From contig JAJYWK010000006.1 in the NCBI GenBank assembly GCA_021791515.1, positions 1 to 56,045 of the forward strand: 56,045 nt of DNA. Reading direction: 5' to 3'. Positions 42,768 to 51,943 of the stretch are shown one piece after another. The notes beneath the pieces were generated by a model. The model saw only the letters and a list, made by a program, of their open reading frames with translations, was not told the DNA's origin and searched no databases. The number at the start of each line of letters is the position of its first letter. Positions within the stretch are counted from its first letter, which is position 1. Made by a program: the position numbers and the translations under genes. The stretch is from a bacterium (GTDB lineage: Bacteria; Patescibacteriota; Doudnabacteria; UBA920).

Positions 42768-43193
42768 ATGCAGAATTTAGTAAATAAAAAAAACGCCGCA
42801 ACGTTTTGGAAGGTCGGCGTTTTTTTATTTTTTATCGTTGTAGACCAGTTTTTTAAAATCTCGGCGGACAGTATTTTTAAAAATCAAAATTTTGCGTTTA
42901 GTCTGCCAATACCAACAGCTTTAATTTATTTGATTTATTTTGTTTTAATTGCTTGCATAAGTTTTTATGTTTATGAAAATCATAAAAAATTTTTTTGGTG
43001 GCAGGATTTGGCTTGGGTGTTGATTTATGCCGGAGCGGTTGCTAATATTGGCGAACGAATAATTCTGGGCTATGTTCGGGATTGGATTTATATATCTGTT
43101 TACCGCTGGACAGGGATTTATAATTTAGCTGACGGTTTTATTATTTTAGGCGTTGTTATTTTATTATTTAGCAGTAATAAAAAGCTCGCCTAA
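42768..43193 (+). CDS. lspA: lipoprotein signal peptidase II
   Basis: Four TM segments with NIGERIILGYVRDWI and IYNLADGFI (catalytic Asp motifs). Confidence 0.75.
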   Translation: MQNLVNKKNAATFWKVGVFLFFIVVDQFFKISADSIFKNQNFAFSLPIPTALIYLIYFVLIACISFYVYENHKKFFWWQDLAWVLIYAGAVANIGERIILGYVRDWIYISVYRWTGIYNLADGFIILGVVILLFSSNKKLA

Positions 43194-43201
43194 TTTATTT
43201 A

Positions 43202-43234
43202 TGTCAATTTTGTCATTTTTTTAATTTTTGTCAT
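43202..43234. repeat. left arm of a perfect 33-bp inverted repeat (partner at 45850-45882)
   Basis: tgtcaattttgtcatttttttaatttttgtcat is the exact reverse complement of atgacaaaaattaaaaaaatgacaaaattgaca at 45850-45882. Confidence 0.85.
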
Positions 43235-43242
43235 TATGCATT

Positions 43243-44748
43243 ATGATAGCAAAAATATTTAGCGCTGCCATTATTGGCCTGGAGGGAGAGTTAATTGAGG
43301 TTGAGGCGGATGTTACCGGAGGGCTTCCAGCGACTATTGTAGTGGGGTTGCCGGATACGGCGGTGCAGGAAAGCCGCGAACGGGTGAAGACTGCCATAAA
43401 AAATTCCGGAAGTTCATATCCCCAAACGAGAGTTTCCGTAAATTTGGCGCCGGCCGACGTGCCCAAACTGGGCACGCATTTTGATTTGCCGATTGCTTTG
43501 GCTATACTGTCCGCCTATGAGCAAATTACTTTTGACCCCAAAGACAAAATGTTTTTAGGAGAATTATCGCTGGATGGCAATTTGCGCGCCATCCCCGGGG
43601 TATTGGCCGCGGCGTTAAAGGCCAGAATTTTAGGCATAGAAGAAATTTTTGTGCCAACAGAAAACGCCAAAGAAGCGGCCTTGGTCTTAGGCCTTAAGGT
43701 TTTTGCCGTGGACAGTTTAAAACAGTTGATTGGCCATTTGCAAGGTATAAAGTTATTAAAGCCTGAGCCGGTATTGGAAACTCAAAGTATTTTACAAAAT
43801 ATATCAGCGGCTTTGGATATGAAAGACGTGGCCGGGCAGGAATCGGCCAAGCGCGCGCTGGAAATTGCCGCCGCCGGCTCTCATAATATTCTAATGTCCG
43901 GGCCGCCGGGGTCGGGAAAAACACTGCTCGCGCGCGCTATGGCCGGAATTTTGCCGAATTTAAGTTTGGAAGAAGCTTTGGAACTTACAAAAATTTACAG
44001 CATTGCCGGCAAGCTGACAGCTAACTTTGTTACCAGCCGGCCGGTAAGAAGCCCGCATCATACCACCTCCAACATTGCCTTGGTGGGAGGCGGCGCCACG
44101 CCCAAACCCGGGGAGATAACGCTTTCCCATCGCGGCATTTTGTTTTTAGATGAATTTCCGGAATTTCCTAGAAATGTTTTGGAGGCATTAAGACAGCCGC
44201 TGGAAGATGGTGTTGTTACGGTTTCCAGGGCAAGCGGCAGTTTTACTTTTCCAGCCAAATTTACCCTGGTGGCCGCGCAGAACCCCTGCCCCTGCGGATT
44301 TTTGGGCGACGGCACCAAACCGTGCGTGTGCAGTCCGGCTCAGGTTTTTAAGTATCATAAAAAAATTTCCGGGCCGCTTTTGGATAGAATAGATTTACAT
44401 GTGGAAGTGCCGCGTTTGCCGTATGAAAAGATGGCCGGTGAAATTAGAGCCGAAAGCTCGGCGCAAATTAAAGAACGGGTGGAAGGCGCGCGCAAAAAAC
44501 AAAAAGACAGGTTTAATTCCAGCAAAACCAACAGCGAAATGAGTTTGATAGAAATTAAGTGTTATTGCGTGTTAGATGACCCTGGCCAGCAGTTAATTAA
44601 GCAGGCTATGAAGCAGTATAATTTTTCCGGCCGTTCTTTGCACCGAATTTTAAAAGTCGCCCGCACGATTGCGGATTTAAAAGGTATGGATAACATCGCG
44701 CTTGACCATTTGGCCGAAGCCATCCAATACCGGCCGAAGGTGGAATAA
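43243..44748 (+). CDS. comM: YifB/ComM family Mg-chelatase-like AAA+ ATPase
   Basis: MIAKIFSAAIIGLEG..., Walker A GPPGSGKTLLA, FLDEFPEF, C-terminal ...AEAIQYR. Confidence 0.85.
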   Translation: MIAKIFSAAIIGLEGELIEVEADVTGGLPATIVVGLPDTAVQESRERVKTAIKNSGSSYPQTRVSVNLAPADVPKLGTHFDLPIALAILSAYEQITFDPKDKMFLGELSLDGNLRAIPGVLAAALKARILGIEEIFVPTENAKEAALVLGLKVFAVDSLKQLIGHLQGIKLLKPEPVLETQSILQNISAALDMKDVAGQESAKRALEIAAAGSHNILMSGPPGSGKTLLARAMAGILPNLSLEEALELTKIYSIAGKLTANFVTSRPVRSPHHTTSNIALVGGGATPKPGEITLSHRGILFLDEFPEFPRNVLEALRQPLEDGVVTVSRASGSFTFPAKFTLVAAQNPCPCGFLGDGTKPCVCSPAQVFKYHKKISGPLLDRIDLHVEVPRLPYEKMAGEIRAESSAQIKERVEGARKKQKDRFNSSKTNSEMSLIEIKCYCVLDDPGQQLIKQAMKQYNFSGRSLHRILKVARTIADLKGMDNIALDHLAEAIQYRPKVE

Positions 44749-44931
44749 CTTTGCTAACTACGAGCGAGTTTCAATATATCAATCTTGGAAATTAATATAT
44801 CCGTAAAGGTTAGTAGTTAGTAAAGACAGTAAGTGCTATAATAATTTTATATGCACTCCGTCAGAAGTATCCTTAATAATGAAGCGCATTTTAAGGCATA
44901 ACCATCTAATGGGCATGATTTTAATATTTTT

Positions 44932-45822
44932 ATGATAAAAACTTCCAACGGGGTAAAAAAAATTCGAAAAGCAGTTATTCCGGCCGCGGGGTTTGGCACC
45001 CGGTTTTTGCCGGCGACAAAAGCTATGCCAAAAGAAATGCTGCCCATAGTGGACAAGCCGATTATTCAGTATGTGGTGGAAGAGGCGGTAAGCGCGGGCA
45101 TTGAAGATATCATAATTGTTACCGGCTGGCACAAGCGCAGCATTGAGGACCATTTTGATTATCCGTTTGAGCTGGAAAAAAGGCTGCTTGAGGCCGGCAA
45201 AGAAGAACAGGCGGAAGAAGTGAGAAAAATCGCCAACTTGGCAAATTTTATCTACATCCGTCAAAAAGGGACTTACGGCAACGGCACTCCGATTTTAAAT
45301 GCCCGGGCGGCAGTAGGCAATGAGCCGTTCGCGGTTTTGTGGGGCGATGAATTTATTTATTCCGAACCTCCCAGGCTTTTGCAAATGATGAAAGTTTGGG
45401 AAAAATATCAGTCTCCAGTTGTCTCTGGCGTGCGGGTCCCCAAAGAGTCTGTAAATAAATACGGCATTGCGGATACAGAGCCGGTGGCAGACGGAATTTT
45501 TCAGATTAAAAGCATCGTGGAAAAACCCAGTCCTAATAAAGCACCTTCCGATTTAGCCGTGCATGGGGCCTATATTTTGCCGCCGGAAATTTTTGATATT
45601 TTGGCGGAATTAAAGCCGGGTAAAAGCGGCGAAATTTGGCTGGCTGACGCCATTGACCAGCTTGCCAAACAGCAAAAAGTGTACGCCGTGGAAATTCAAA
45701 ATGGAAAGTATTATGATACGGGCAATAAGCTGGAGTATTTGAAAGCTGTGGTGGAATTTGGGTTAAAACATAAGGAATTAAGCAGGGAGTTTGGGGAATA
45801 CTTAAAAGGATTAAGAGAATAG
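44932..45822 (+). CDS. galU: UTP--glucose-1-phosphate uridylyltransferase
   Basis: KAVIPAAGFGTRFLPATKAMPKEMLPIVDKP; VEKP motif. Confidence 0.9.
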   Translation: MIKTSNGVKKIRKAVIPAAGFGTRFLPATKAMPKEMLPIVDKPIIQYVVEEAVSAGIEDIIIVTGWHKRSIEDHFDYPFELEKRLLEAGKEEQAEEVRKIANLANFIYIRQKGTYGNGTPILNARAAVGNEPFAVLWGDEFIYSEPPRLLQMMKVWEKYQSPVVSGVRVPKESVNKYGIADTEPVADGIFQIKSIVEKPSPNKAPSDLAVHGAYILPPEIFDILAELKPGKSGEIWLADAIDQLAKQQKVYAVEIQNGKYYDTGNKLEYLKAVVEFGLKHKELSREFGEYLKGLRE

Positions 45823-45849
45823 GGTATTTTTAGAAAATAAAATTTAGGA

Positions 45850-45882
45850 ATGACAAAAATTAAAAAAATGACAAAATTGACA
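45850..45882. repeat. right arm of the perfect 33-bp inverted repeat
   Basis: See 43202-43234. It is followed directly by the palindromic element at 45897-45940. Confidence 0.85.
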
Positions 45883-45896
45883 AAAACGGCAAAGCC

Positions 45897-45940
45897 GTCC
45901 CGAACGAAGCGAGGGATCCCTCGCTTCGTTCGGGATGACA
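45897..45940. repeat. near-perfect palindromic element of the gtc...gaca family
   Basis: gtcccgaacgaagcgagggatccctcgcttcgttcgggatgaca. Confidence 0.75.
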
Positions 45941-45989
45941 GCTATATAGTAAATTAAAGTTTGTCATTTTTGCTCATTTAAACTTTTCT

Positions 45990-47291
45990 ATGAAATTACA
46001 AATAAAAAGCATGCCAAAACGGATTTTTGTCGCATTATCAGCAATTGTATTGCTCTCTGCCGGTTGCGGCGGCGGCAGTCCAACGCCCGCTAACCAGAGG
46101 GTGACCCTGAATTTTTGGATGCCGTTTGAAGATACTGAAAATCTGCAGCCGCTGTTTTTGGACTATCAGCAAAAACATCCGAATGTTCAAATAGTTTACA
46201 CGAAAAAAAATATTGAAACTTATTCGGCGGATTTATTAAACGCCCTGGCTGCCGGCACGGGCCCGGATGTTTTTGCCATTAACAATGCCTGGGTGCCTCA
46301 ATACGTGGACAAAATTGTCCCGGCCACAACCACCACTTTTTCTTATAAAGATTTTAAGGACGCTTTTGTGGACGTGGTGGTAAAGGATTTTGCCCCCAAT
46401 CAAAAAATTTACGGCGTAAGTATGGGCGTGGATTCCTTGGCGCTTTATTACAACAAGGATATCTTGGGCTCCGCCGGCATTGCCACGCCGCCGAAGACCT
46501 GGGTGGAGTTGGAAGCCAGTGTAAGGCAAATCAAGCGTTCTGACGGCCGCGGCTATTTTACATTAAGCGGGCTGGCCGCGGGCACTAACGGCAACATCAA
46601 CCGCGCGGTGGACATCCTTTATTTAATGATGCTGCAAAAAGGCGCGCAGGCTTATTCTGAAGACGGCAGCCAGGTGGCATTTAACCAAAGCGTGCAATTG
46701 AACGGCAATTATATTAATCCGGGACTTAGCGGCTTGAATTTTTACACTTCTTTTGCCAACCCGATTACGGCAAATTACAATTGGAATATGCGCAGCGATT
46801 ATTCCGTGGACGCCTTTATTAACGGGCGGGCGGCAATGATGTTCAGTTATTCTTATATGATAAGCACCATCCGCCAAAAAAATCCGAATTTGAATTTTGA
46901 CGTAGCGCCGGCGCCCCAGCCGGACTTGGTCAGGCCTTCGGTAAATTTTGCCAATTACTGGGGAGAAGTGGTAAGCAAACAAAGCAAACATCAGGCCGTT
47001 GCCTGGGATTTCCTAAAATTCCTTACAAGCAAGGATTCTTTGGACAAGTATTATGCCAAGCGCGAACAGCCGTCTTCCAGGAATGATTTAATTGCCCAAC
47101 AGATTTCCGATCCGGACATAGGCGTATTTGCCAACGCGAACCTTACGGCCAAGCAGTTTTATCGCCCTAATCAGCCGGCTATAGATAATATTTTTGGCCA
47201 GGTTATAGATAATGTAATTTTAAGCGGCGTAAGCCCGAGCGACGCGCTGTCGCGCGCTGGGCAGCAGGCGGCCGCTATCCTGAGGCAATGA
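45990..47291 (+). CDS. ABC-transporter extracellular solute-binding lipoprotein (sugar-type, family 1)
   Basis: Lipobox LLSAGCGG and a typical SBP_bac_1 pattern (FWMPF..., GTGPDVF...). No permease or ATPase genes are adjacent. Confidence 0.7.
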   Translation: MKLQIKSMPKRIFVALSAIVLLSAGCGGGSPTPANQRVTLNFWMPFEDTENLQPLFLDYQQKHPNVQIVYTKKNIETYSADLLNALAAGTGPDVFAINNAWVPQYVDKIVPATTTTFSYKDFKDAFVDVVVKDFAPNQKIYGVSMGVDSLALYYNKDILGSAGIATPPKTWVELEASVRQIKRSDGRGYFTLSGLAAGTNGNINRAVDILYLMMLQKGAQAYSEDGSQVAFNQSVQLNGNYINPGLSGLNFYTSFANPITANYNWNMRSDYSVDAFINGRAAMMFSYSYMISTIRQKNPNLNFDVAPAPQPDLVRPSVNFANYWGEVVSKQSKHQAVAWDFLKFLTSKDSLDKYYAKREQPSSRNDLIAQQISDPDIGVFANANLTAKQFYRPNQPAIDNIFGQVIDNVILSGVSPSDALSRAGQQAAAILRQ

Positions 47292-47294
47292 TTG

Positions 47295-47449
47295 CAGGGC
47301 TGGCGCGTTGTCCGGACAAGATGATTCCCATTGTGCTTAAAGGATGTTTGATTAGTTAAAATCAGTCCGGCTTTCCATCATTGCCACGATGTTAAGGATG
47401 CTTTTAGGCACAATGGGAATCATCAGGCGCGCAAGTTTTGTAATCCCTG
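47295..47449. repeat. about 155-bp nested inverted-repeat structure
   Basis: Perfect 17-bp arms gatgattcccattgtgc (47320-47336) / gcacaatgggaatcatc (47408-47424), enclosed by caggg...gcgcg / cgcgc...ccctg. Confidence 0.75.
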
Positions 47450-47498
47450 GTTTTTTCATCCGGTTTATGTTATAATTTAGGCAAATTGATTCAGTTTA

Positions 47499-47957
47499 AT
47501 GTTTTTAAAGAAACAAAAATTAGCAATTATTTTACTGGTAGCGTTTTTGGCAATTCCGGTTTTTGCCCACGCTTTTAATATTACCGATCCTTTGGTCCGT
47601 TGCGGCCGGCAAGGGCAAAATCCGTGCACCATAGTAGACTTTTTCGCGCAAGTCGCTTATTTAACCAACTGGTTAATTGCCATTGCTGTCCTATTTTTTG
47701 TCCAGCGCATTGTCAATCACGGTTTTTGGCTAGTTATCACGCTTGGCAATGAAGAGGTCATCACCAAGCACAGAGCCGGTCTAATGAACGCGGTGTTGGG
47801 GTTTATTTTGGTTTTAATGGCATTTATGATGGTAAATACGGCGGTAAATTTTCTTTTGGGCGTTGGCCAGTGCAAAACCAAGCTGGACTTAACCAATCCG
47901 TTAAATTACGTAATTATTAATGATAAATTGGTGCAGTGCCGTGGAGGAGCGCAATAA
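47499..47957 (+). CDS. pilin-like two-TM secreted membrane protein, paralog 1 (divergent)
   Basis: Signal peptide, then GFWLVITLGNEEVITKHRAGLMNAVLGFILVLMAF, which is related to the GGFWYVTSAGNEEQAEKGR module of the next four genes. Confidence 0.6.
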   Translation: MFLKKQKLAIILLVAFLAIPVFAHAFNITDPLVRCGRQGQNPCTIVDFFAQVAYLTNWLIAIAVLFFVQRIVNHGFWLVITLGNEEVITKHRAGLMNAVLGFILVLMAFMMVNTAVNFLLGVGQCKTKLDLTNPLNYVIINDKLVQCRGGAQ

Positions 47958-48164
47958 TTAAATTTTAGGGCTTCCGCGCCGCCGCTTTTTGGGCGGGCAA
48001 AGCCCGTCCCACAAAAGCGGCTCTGGCCAATTTCTTCGTTATTTTCCTGCGGTATTTGTCGGCGTAGCTCGGCTACGCCTCCAAATACCCTCGGAAAATG
48101 CCTAGAACTTGGCTCAGTGCGTAAACCCTAAATTAAAAGAGTTAAATATAAATTTAGTCGCATT

Positions 48165-49037
48165 ATGGAAAAAATCAGACAGCCGAAATTTTTAATTTGG
48201 ACTTTAAGCTTGGCAAGTTTGTTTATAATGCTGGATATGTTTTCTCCTTCATCGGCTTTAGCACAAACCAGCGGTAGATGCGACGAGCTTTATAAACAGT
48301 TTAATTTTGTCAGCTATTTTAATGGACAGTCGACTACCACAAATGCTGTGGCTGGTTTGCCGCGGTTTTGCAGCGCTCCGCAAATAATTAATTTTGTTAT
48401 CAAACTAATTTTATATTTTGCCGGCTCTTTTGCCGTATTGTTTATTATGGTTGGCGGATTTTTATATGTGACTTCCGCGGGCAACGAAGAGCAGGCGGAA
48501 AAAGGGCGGAAAATTTTGATTAATGCCGTTATTGGTTTAGTGGTGATTATTATGGCTTTTGCAATTGTGCAGATTATCGGCGGGCTGCTCACTTCAGGTG
48601 CCAATGGCAGTCTAACCACAACCACGCAGAATCCTCCTAATCCAAATTCAAACCCCAACCCAAATCCCAATCCCAATCCCGCGCCAGCTGGTTCAGTAAG
48701 TGTAAGCGGGCCAAGTTCCATTCAGGTGGATCAGGTTTATACCTTAACAGCCACTGTTCCGGTCAGTTTAATTTCCTGCGGTATAAACCAAAATTCCGCG
48801 ACTATGGCCGTTACTTCAGGAGGCGGCGCGCCAAAGACATTTGCCGCGGACGGATTTGTTATGTCCGGGCCGGGAAACAGCAATGCCGTCTTTACTTTTT
48901 CTAATCGAACGCCGGAAAGTCTGGGTTATGTAGTGCCCACCGGGCAGACTAAGACAATGCATGTGTCAATATCCGTGTGCTTGGTTCAGCAATATCAGAC
49001 TGATGTTGCGGTAAAGCCCTCTTTATCCGTTCGTTAA
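48165..49037 (+). CDS. pilin-like protein, paralog 2, with an Asn/Pro linker and a C-terminal extension
   Basis: GGFLYVTSAGNEEQAEKGRKILINAVIGLVVIIMAFAIV, then NPPNPNSNPNPNPNPNPAP and a domain of about 110 aa. Confidence 0.65.
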   Translation: MEKIRQPKFLIWTLSLASLFIMLDMFSPSSALAQTSGRCDELYKQFNFVSYFNGQSTTTNAVAGLPRFCSAPQIINFVIKLILYFAGSFAVLFIMVGGFLYVTSAGNEEQAEKGRKILINAVIGLVVIIMAFAIVQIIGGLLTSGANGSLTTTTQNPPNPNSNPNPNPNPNPAPAGSVSVSGPSSIQVDQVYTLTATVPVSLISCGINQNSATMAVTSGGGAPKTFAADGFVMSGPGNSNAVFTFSNRTPESLGYVVPTGQTKTMHVSISVCLVQQYQTDVAVKPSLSVR

Positions 49038-49350
49038 AGTTAGATTTTAAAAAGCACAAGATTTTAAAAAGCTTGCTGATTATGGTATAATTATTTTAAG
49101 TTTAATATGTCCTTAACCTTGCCCTCTCCTTACTCCTTATAAAGGAGCATAGAGGGAGAGGGAAAGGAATTAAAAGAGCCTATCTGAAAATTTTTTATTG
49201 CCTATAATCTCAGACTTTCGGCTGTAAACCCTTTCTCGAAGCTTGGCGTATCAGTAAACGATACGCCTCACTCCTGCGGCAGGGTTTTCGCTCGAAAGTC
49301 CGAGATTTACGACTAATAATAAATTTTCAAATAGGCTCTCGGGAGAGGGG

Positions 49351-49770
49351 GTGAACAGCTTGAAACAAATTATCAAAAAAATCAACTATTTAAAAATCGC
49401 CGAACTGCTGCTCGTCACCGCATTGGTCATTTTTCCATTAGTCGCCCCGGAATTAGGTTTTGCGCAATTAAATAGAAACTTGCCCTGTGATTCTTCCACC
49501 GGCCTTAATTGCAGCGCCGGCACCAGCGTTAATTCCCTTATCAGAACCGTGATTAACTGGCTCTTGGGCATTGCTTTTGGTGTTGCGGTGTTGTTCTTAA
49601 TTATTGGCGGCTTCTGGTACATTACTTCTGCCGGCAATGAAGAAACCGCTGAAAAAGGCAAAGGCACGGCCATTAACGCGATTATTGGTATTGTAATTAT
49701 CATTTTGTCTTACGTAATTATCAACGTAGTGTCCAATTTGGTGACCAATACCGGCGGCGGAGGTCAGTAA
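49351..49770 (+). CDS. pilin-like protein, paralog 3
   Basis: GGFWYITSAGNEETAEKGKGTAINAIIGIVIIILSYVII. The start could instead be the TTG at 49360. Confidence 0.65.
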   Translation: MNSLKQIIKKINYLKIAELLLVTALVIFPLVAPELGFAQLNRNLPCDSSTGLNCSAGTSVNSLIRTVINWLLGIAFGVAVLFLIIGGFWYITSAGNEETAEKGKGTAINAIIGIVIIILSYVIINVVSNLVTNTGGGGQ

Positions 49771-50035
49771 TAAAGGTTCCTCGGAGTAGAACTCCGAGGA
49801 ATTGCACCCAAGGAGCGGGCTGTATTTCGCAGCAGAGCTGCGAGGTATTCAAACCTGTATTAAGACTCCTTAGGCTCGCCCAAACCAATCATCAGATGAT
49901 TGGTTTGGCTCGCTCTACGTCGCTAATAAAAAATGAGAGCCTCAAGTCGCGGCAGATTTTGCCGCTTTGCTTGGGGCTTCTGCCCGGCTCCTGGATCTTT
50001 TCCAGGGGCGAGGCAGAAAAATTAATTTTTAACAA

Positions 50036-50431
50036 ATGAAAAAAAATATTTTGAAAAAAATTTTTGGCGCGGGAGTGGCCGCCGGCCTGCTTGGGTTGCC
50101 GTTATTGGTTTTGGCCCAGGGCGGCGTGCAGGGCGGTTTGAATAATTTAAGAGTATTGTTTCCGGGCACTGGAATTATCGGTTCCTCCAGCTTAGCCGGA
50201 CCCAATGGTTTGATATTCAACATTATTAACGCTCTGTTGCTGATTGTCGGCGCTATTGCGGTCTTGTTTGTGATTATTGGCGGTTTTTGGTACGTGACTT
50301 CCGCGGGCAACGAAGAGCAGGCGGAAAAAGGCCGCACTACCGTGGTAAACTCCATAATCGGCATAGTGATTGTAATTTTGTCTTACGTGGTTATAAACGT
50401 GATTGTGAATTTGGTGACTTATGGGTTTTAA
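50036..50431 (+). CDS. pilin-like protein, paralog 4
   Basis: Signal peptide; GGFWYVTSAGNEEQAEKGRTTVVNSIIGIVIVILSYVVI. Confidence 0.7.
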   Translation: MKKNILKKIFGAGVAAGLLGLPLLVLAQGGVQGGLNNLRVLFPGTGIIGSSSLAGPNGLIFNIINALLLIVGAIAVLFVIIGGFWYVTSAGNEEQAEKGRTTVVNSIIGIVIVILSYVVINVIVNLVTYGF

Positions 50432-50445
50432 CTAAACCGAATAGC

Positions 50446-51522
50446 TTGAAAAAAATAAATAAAAAAAATCAACTTTTAAAATTTTTCAGCGCGGCTGTTT
50501 TGCCGGTGGTTTTATTTATTGGGATTTTTAGCGTGGCCATGGCGCAATTGGAAAACGGACAGGAATGTGGAGAAAATAGCCACTGTAAATCAGACTACTG
50601 TGACCCTGCCGGAATTTGCGCCACAGCCCCTGCTCCAAGCGGAAAAGTTGCCCAAACTTTGCAGATGGGAGCGAGTGGCAATGACGTAAAAATTTTGCAA
50701 CAGGCTCTTCTCGATAAGCTTAATGACAGCGCGATACTTCAGGAGTTGTCGGCATCTTCGTTTAATCCCACAACGCGTACTTGGGATGGAATATTTGGAG
50801 ACAAAACCAAAAAAGCGGTTCAGGCTTATCAACAGCAAGAAGGTTTAAGCCCCACTGGGATTGCGGATCAGTCGACTTTGACCAAATTAGGGATTTGGGG
50901 CGGTACCGGCGCAGACGAAAACAAATATCCATGTAGCGCAGCCGCTTCCAGCAGCCAGTCAGCATGCTCAGCCAGTAATGGATTTTGGATTCCAGGGTAT
51001 TGTGGCAATTGTGGGGGCGGTGTAGCGGCTAAATGTAGCGCAAGTGCAACTAGCGACCCGGCTGCATGTTCAGCCAGTGGTGGCGGTTGGGTGCCGGGAA
51101 AATGCAGTGCTTGTGCAAGTGGTGGAACTCCTCCCGCTAGCAACAATAACCCATCAGCCGATGGCAAATGCCCTGAAGGATTACAATGGAATGCCAAGGC
51201 AAGTTTGTGCATGCTAGAATCTCCTTTTACAGGCGATACTGTCGCCGGTTCATCCAGTCTGGCCGACTTAATTAAGAAGATTGTGGATTATTTCTTGTTT
51301 TTTGCCGGTATGGTTGCCGTGGTGTTTATTGTAGTCGGCGGTTTTTGGTACGTGACTTCCGCGGGCAACGAGGAACAGGCGGAAAAAGGCCGCACAGCTT
51401 TAATTAACGCGATTATCGGCTTGATTGTGGTGATTATGTCTTTTGCCATTGTGACTGTTATTTCCAATTTAATTACCAAAGGGCCCGATCAAGGCAATTC
51501 TCCTCCAGCTACCCAGAATTAG
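50446..51522 (+). CDS. peptidoglycan-binding domain plus Cys-rich repeats fused to a C-terminal pilin-like module, paralog 5
   Basis: PG_binding_1-like LQMGASGNDVKILQQAL...WDGIFGDKTKKAVQAYQQQEGLSPTGIADQSTLTKL; repeats CSASNGFWIPGYCGNC / CSASGGGWVPGKCSAC; C-terminal GGFWYVTSAGNEEQAEKGRTALINAIIGLIVVIMSFAIV. I set the start at the in-frame TTG at 50446; the ORF-track start at 50287 overlaps paralog 4. Confidence 0.65.
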   Translation: MKKINKKNQLLKFFSAAVLPVVLFIGIFSVAMAQLENGQECGENSHCKSDYCDPAGICATAPAPSGKVAQTLQMGASGNDVKILQQALLDKLNDSAILQELSASSFNPTTRTWDGIFGDKTKKAVQAYQQQEGLSPTGIADQSTLTKLGIWGGTGADENKYPCSAAASSSQSACSASNGFWIPGYCGNCGGGVAAKCSASATSDPAACSASGGGWVPGKCSACASGGTPPASNNNPSADGKCPEGLQWNAKASLCMLESPFTGDTVAGSSSLADLIKKIVDYFLFFAGMVAVVFIVVGGFWYVTSAGNEEQAEKGRTALINAIIGLIVVIMSFAIVTVISNLITKGPDQGNSPPATQN

Positions 51523-51856
51523 TTTAGAATCTATTTTAAAAATAATTTGTAGGCGAAATTTGAGGATTTTGAGCAGATTGGATCTTAACAAATTTTGACG
51601 TTTAGCCAAAGCTAAGCGGAAGAATTTTTCAGACCAAGATGCCAAAATACCGCAAATTGCAGCCCGAAGGATTTTTAAAATAGGTTCTTAGGCGCAATCT
51701 AATACCCCCGTCTTACTTGAATAGTAGGGCGGGGCTTGTTATTTGGTTTGAAAAATGCTAAAATTTTTGAGCCGAGCAACCAGCTCGAGTGGTGCAATTG
51801 GCCTCAGTTGAATCATTGCTTCGCAATATTCAACGGGGCAAGCGGTCTTGGCATCT

Positions 51857-51943
51857 GCCTTGGTGGCGGAATTGGTATACGCACTAGGTTTAGGACCTAG
51901 CGAGGGTAACCTCTTGAGAGTTCGAGTCTCTCCCAAGGCACCA
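51857..51943 (+). tRNA. tRNA-Leu(UAG), type II
   Basis: gccttgg-tg-gcg-gaattggtata-cgc-a-ctagg-ttTAGga-cctag-(variable arm)-gagag-ttcgagt-ctctc-ccaaggc-a-cca. It is flanked by the 10-bp inverted repeat acggggcaag / cttgccccgt. Confidence 0.85.

Noticed and set aside
50287-50445. The ORF-track N-terminus of the 411-aa ORF (50287-51522).
   Set aside because: The first 53 codons overlap pilin paralog 4 in another frame. An in-frame TTG at 50446 starts a typical signal-anchor sequence (LKKINKKNQLLKFFSAAVL...) that parallels the start region of paralog 3.
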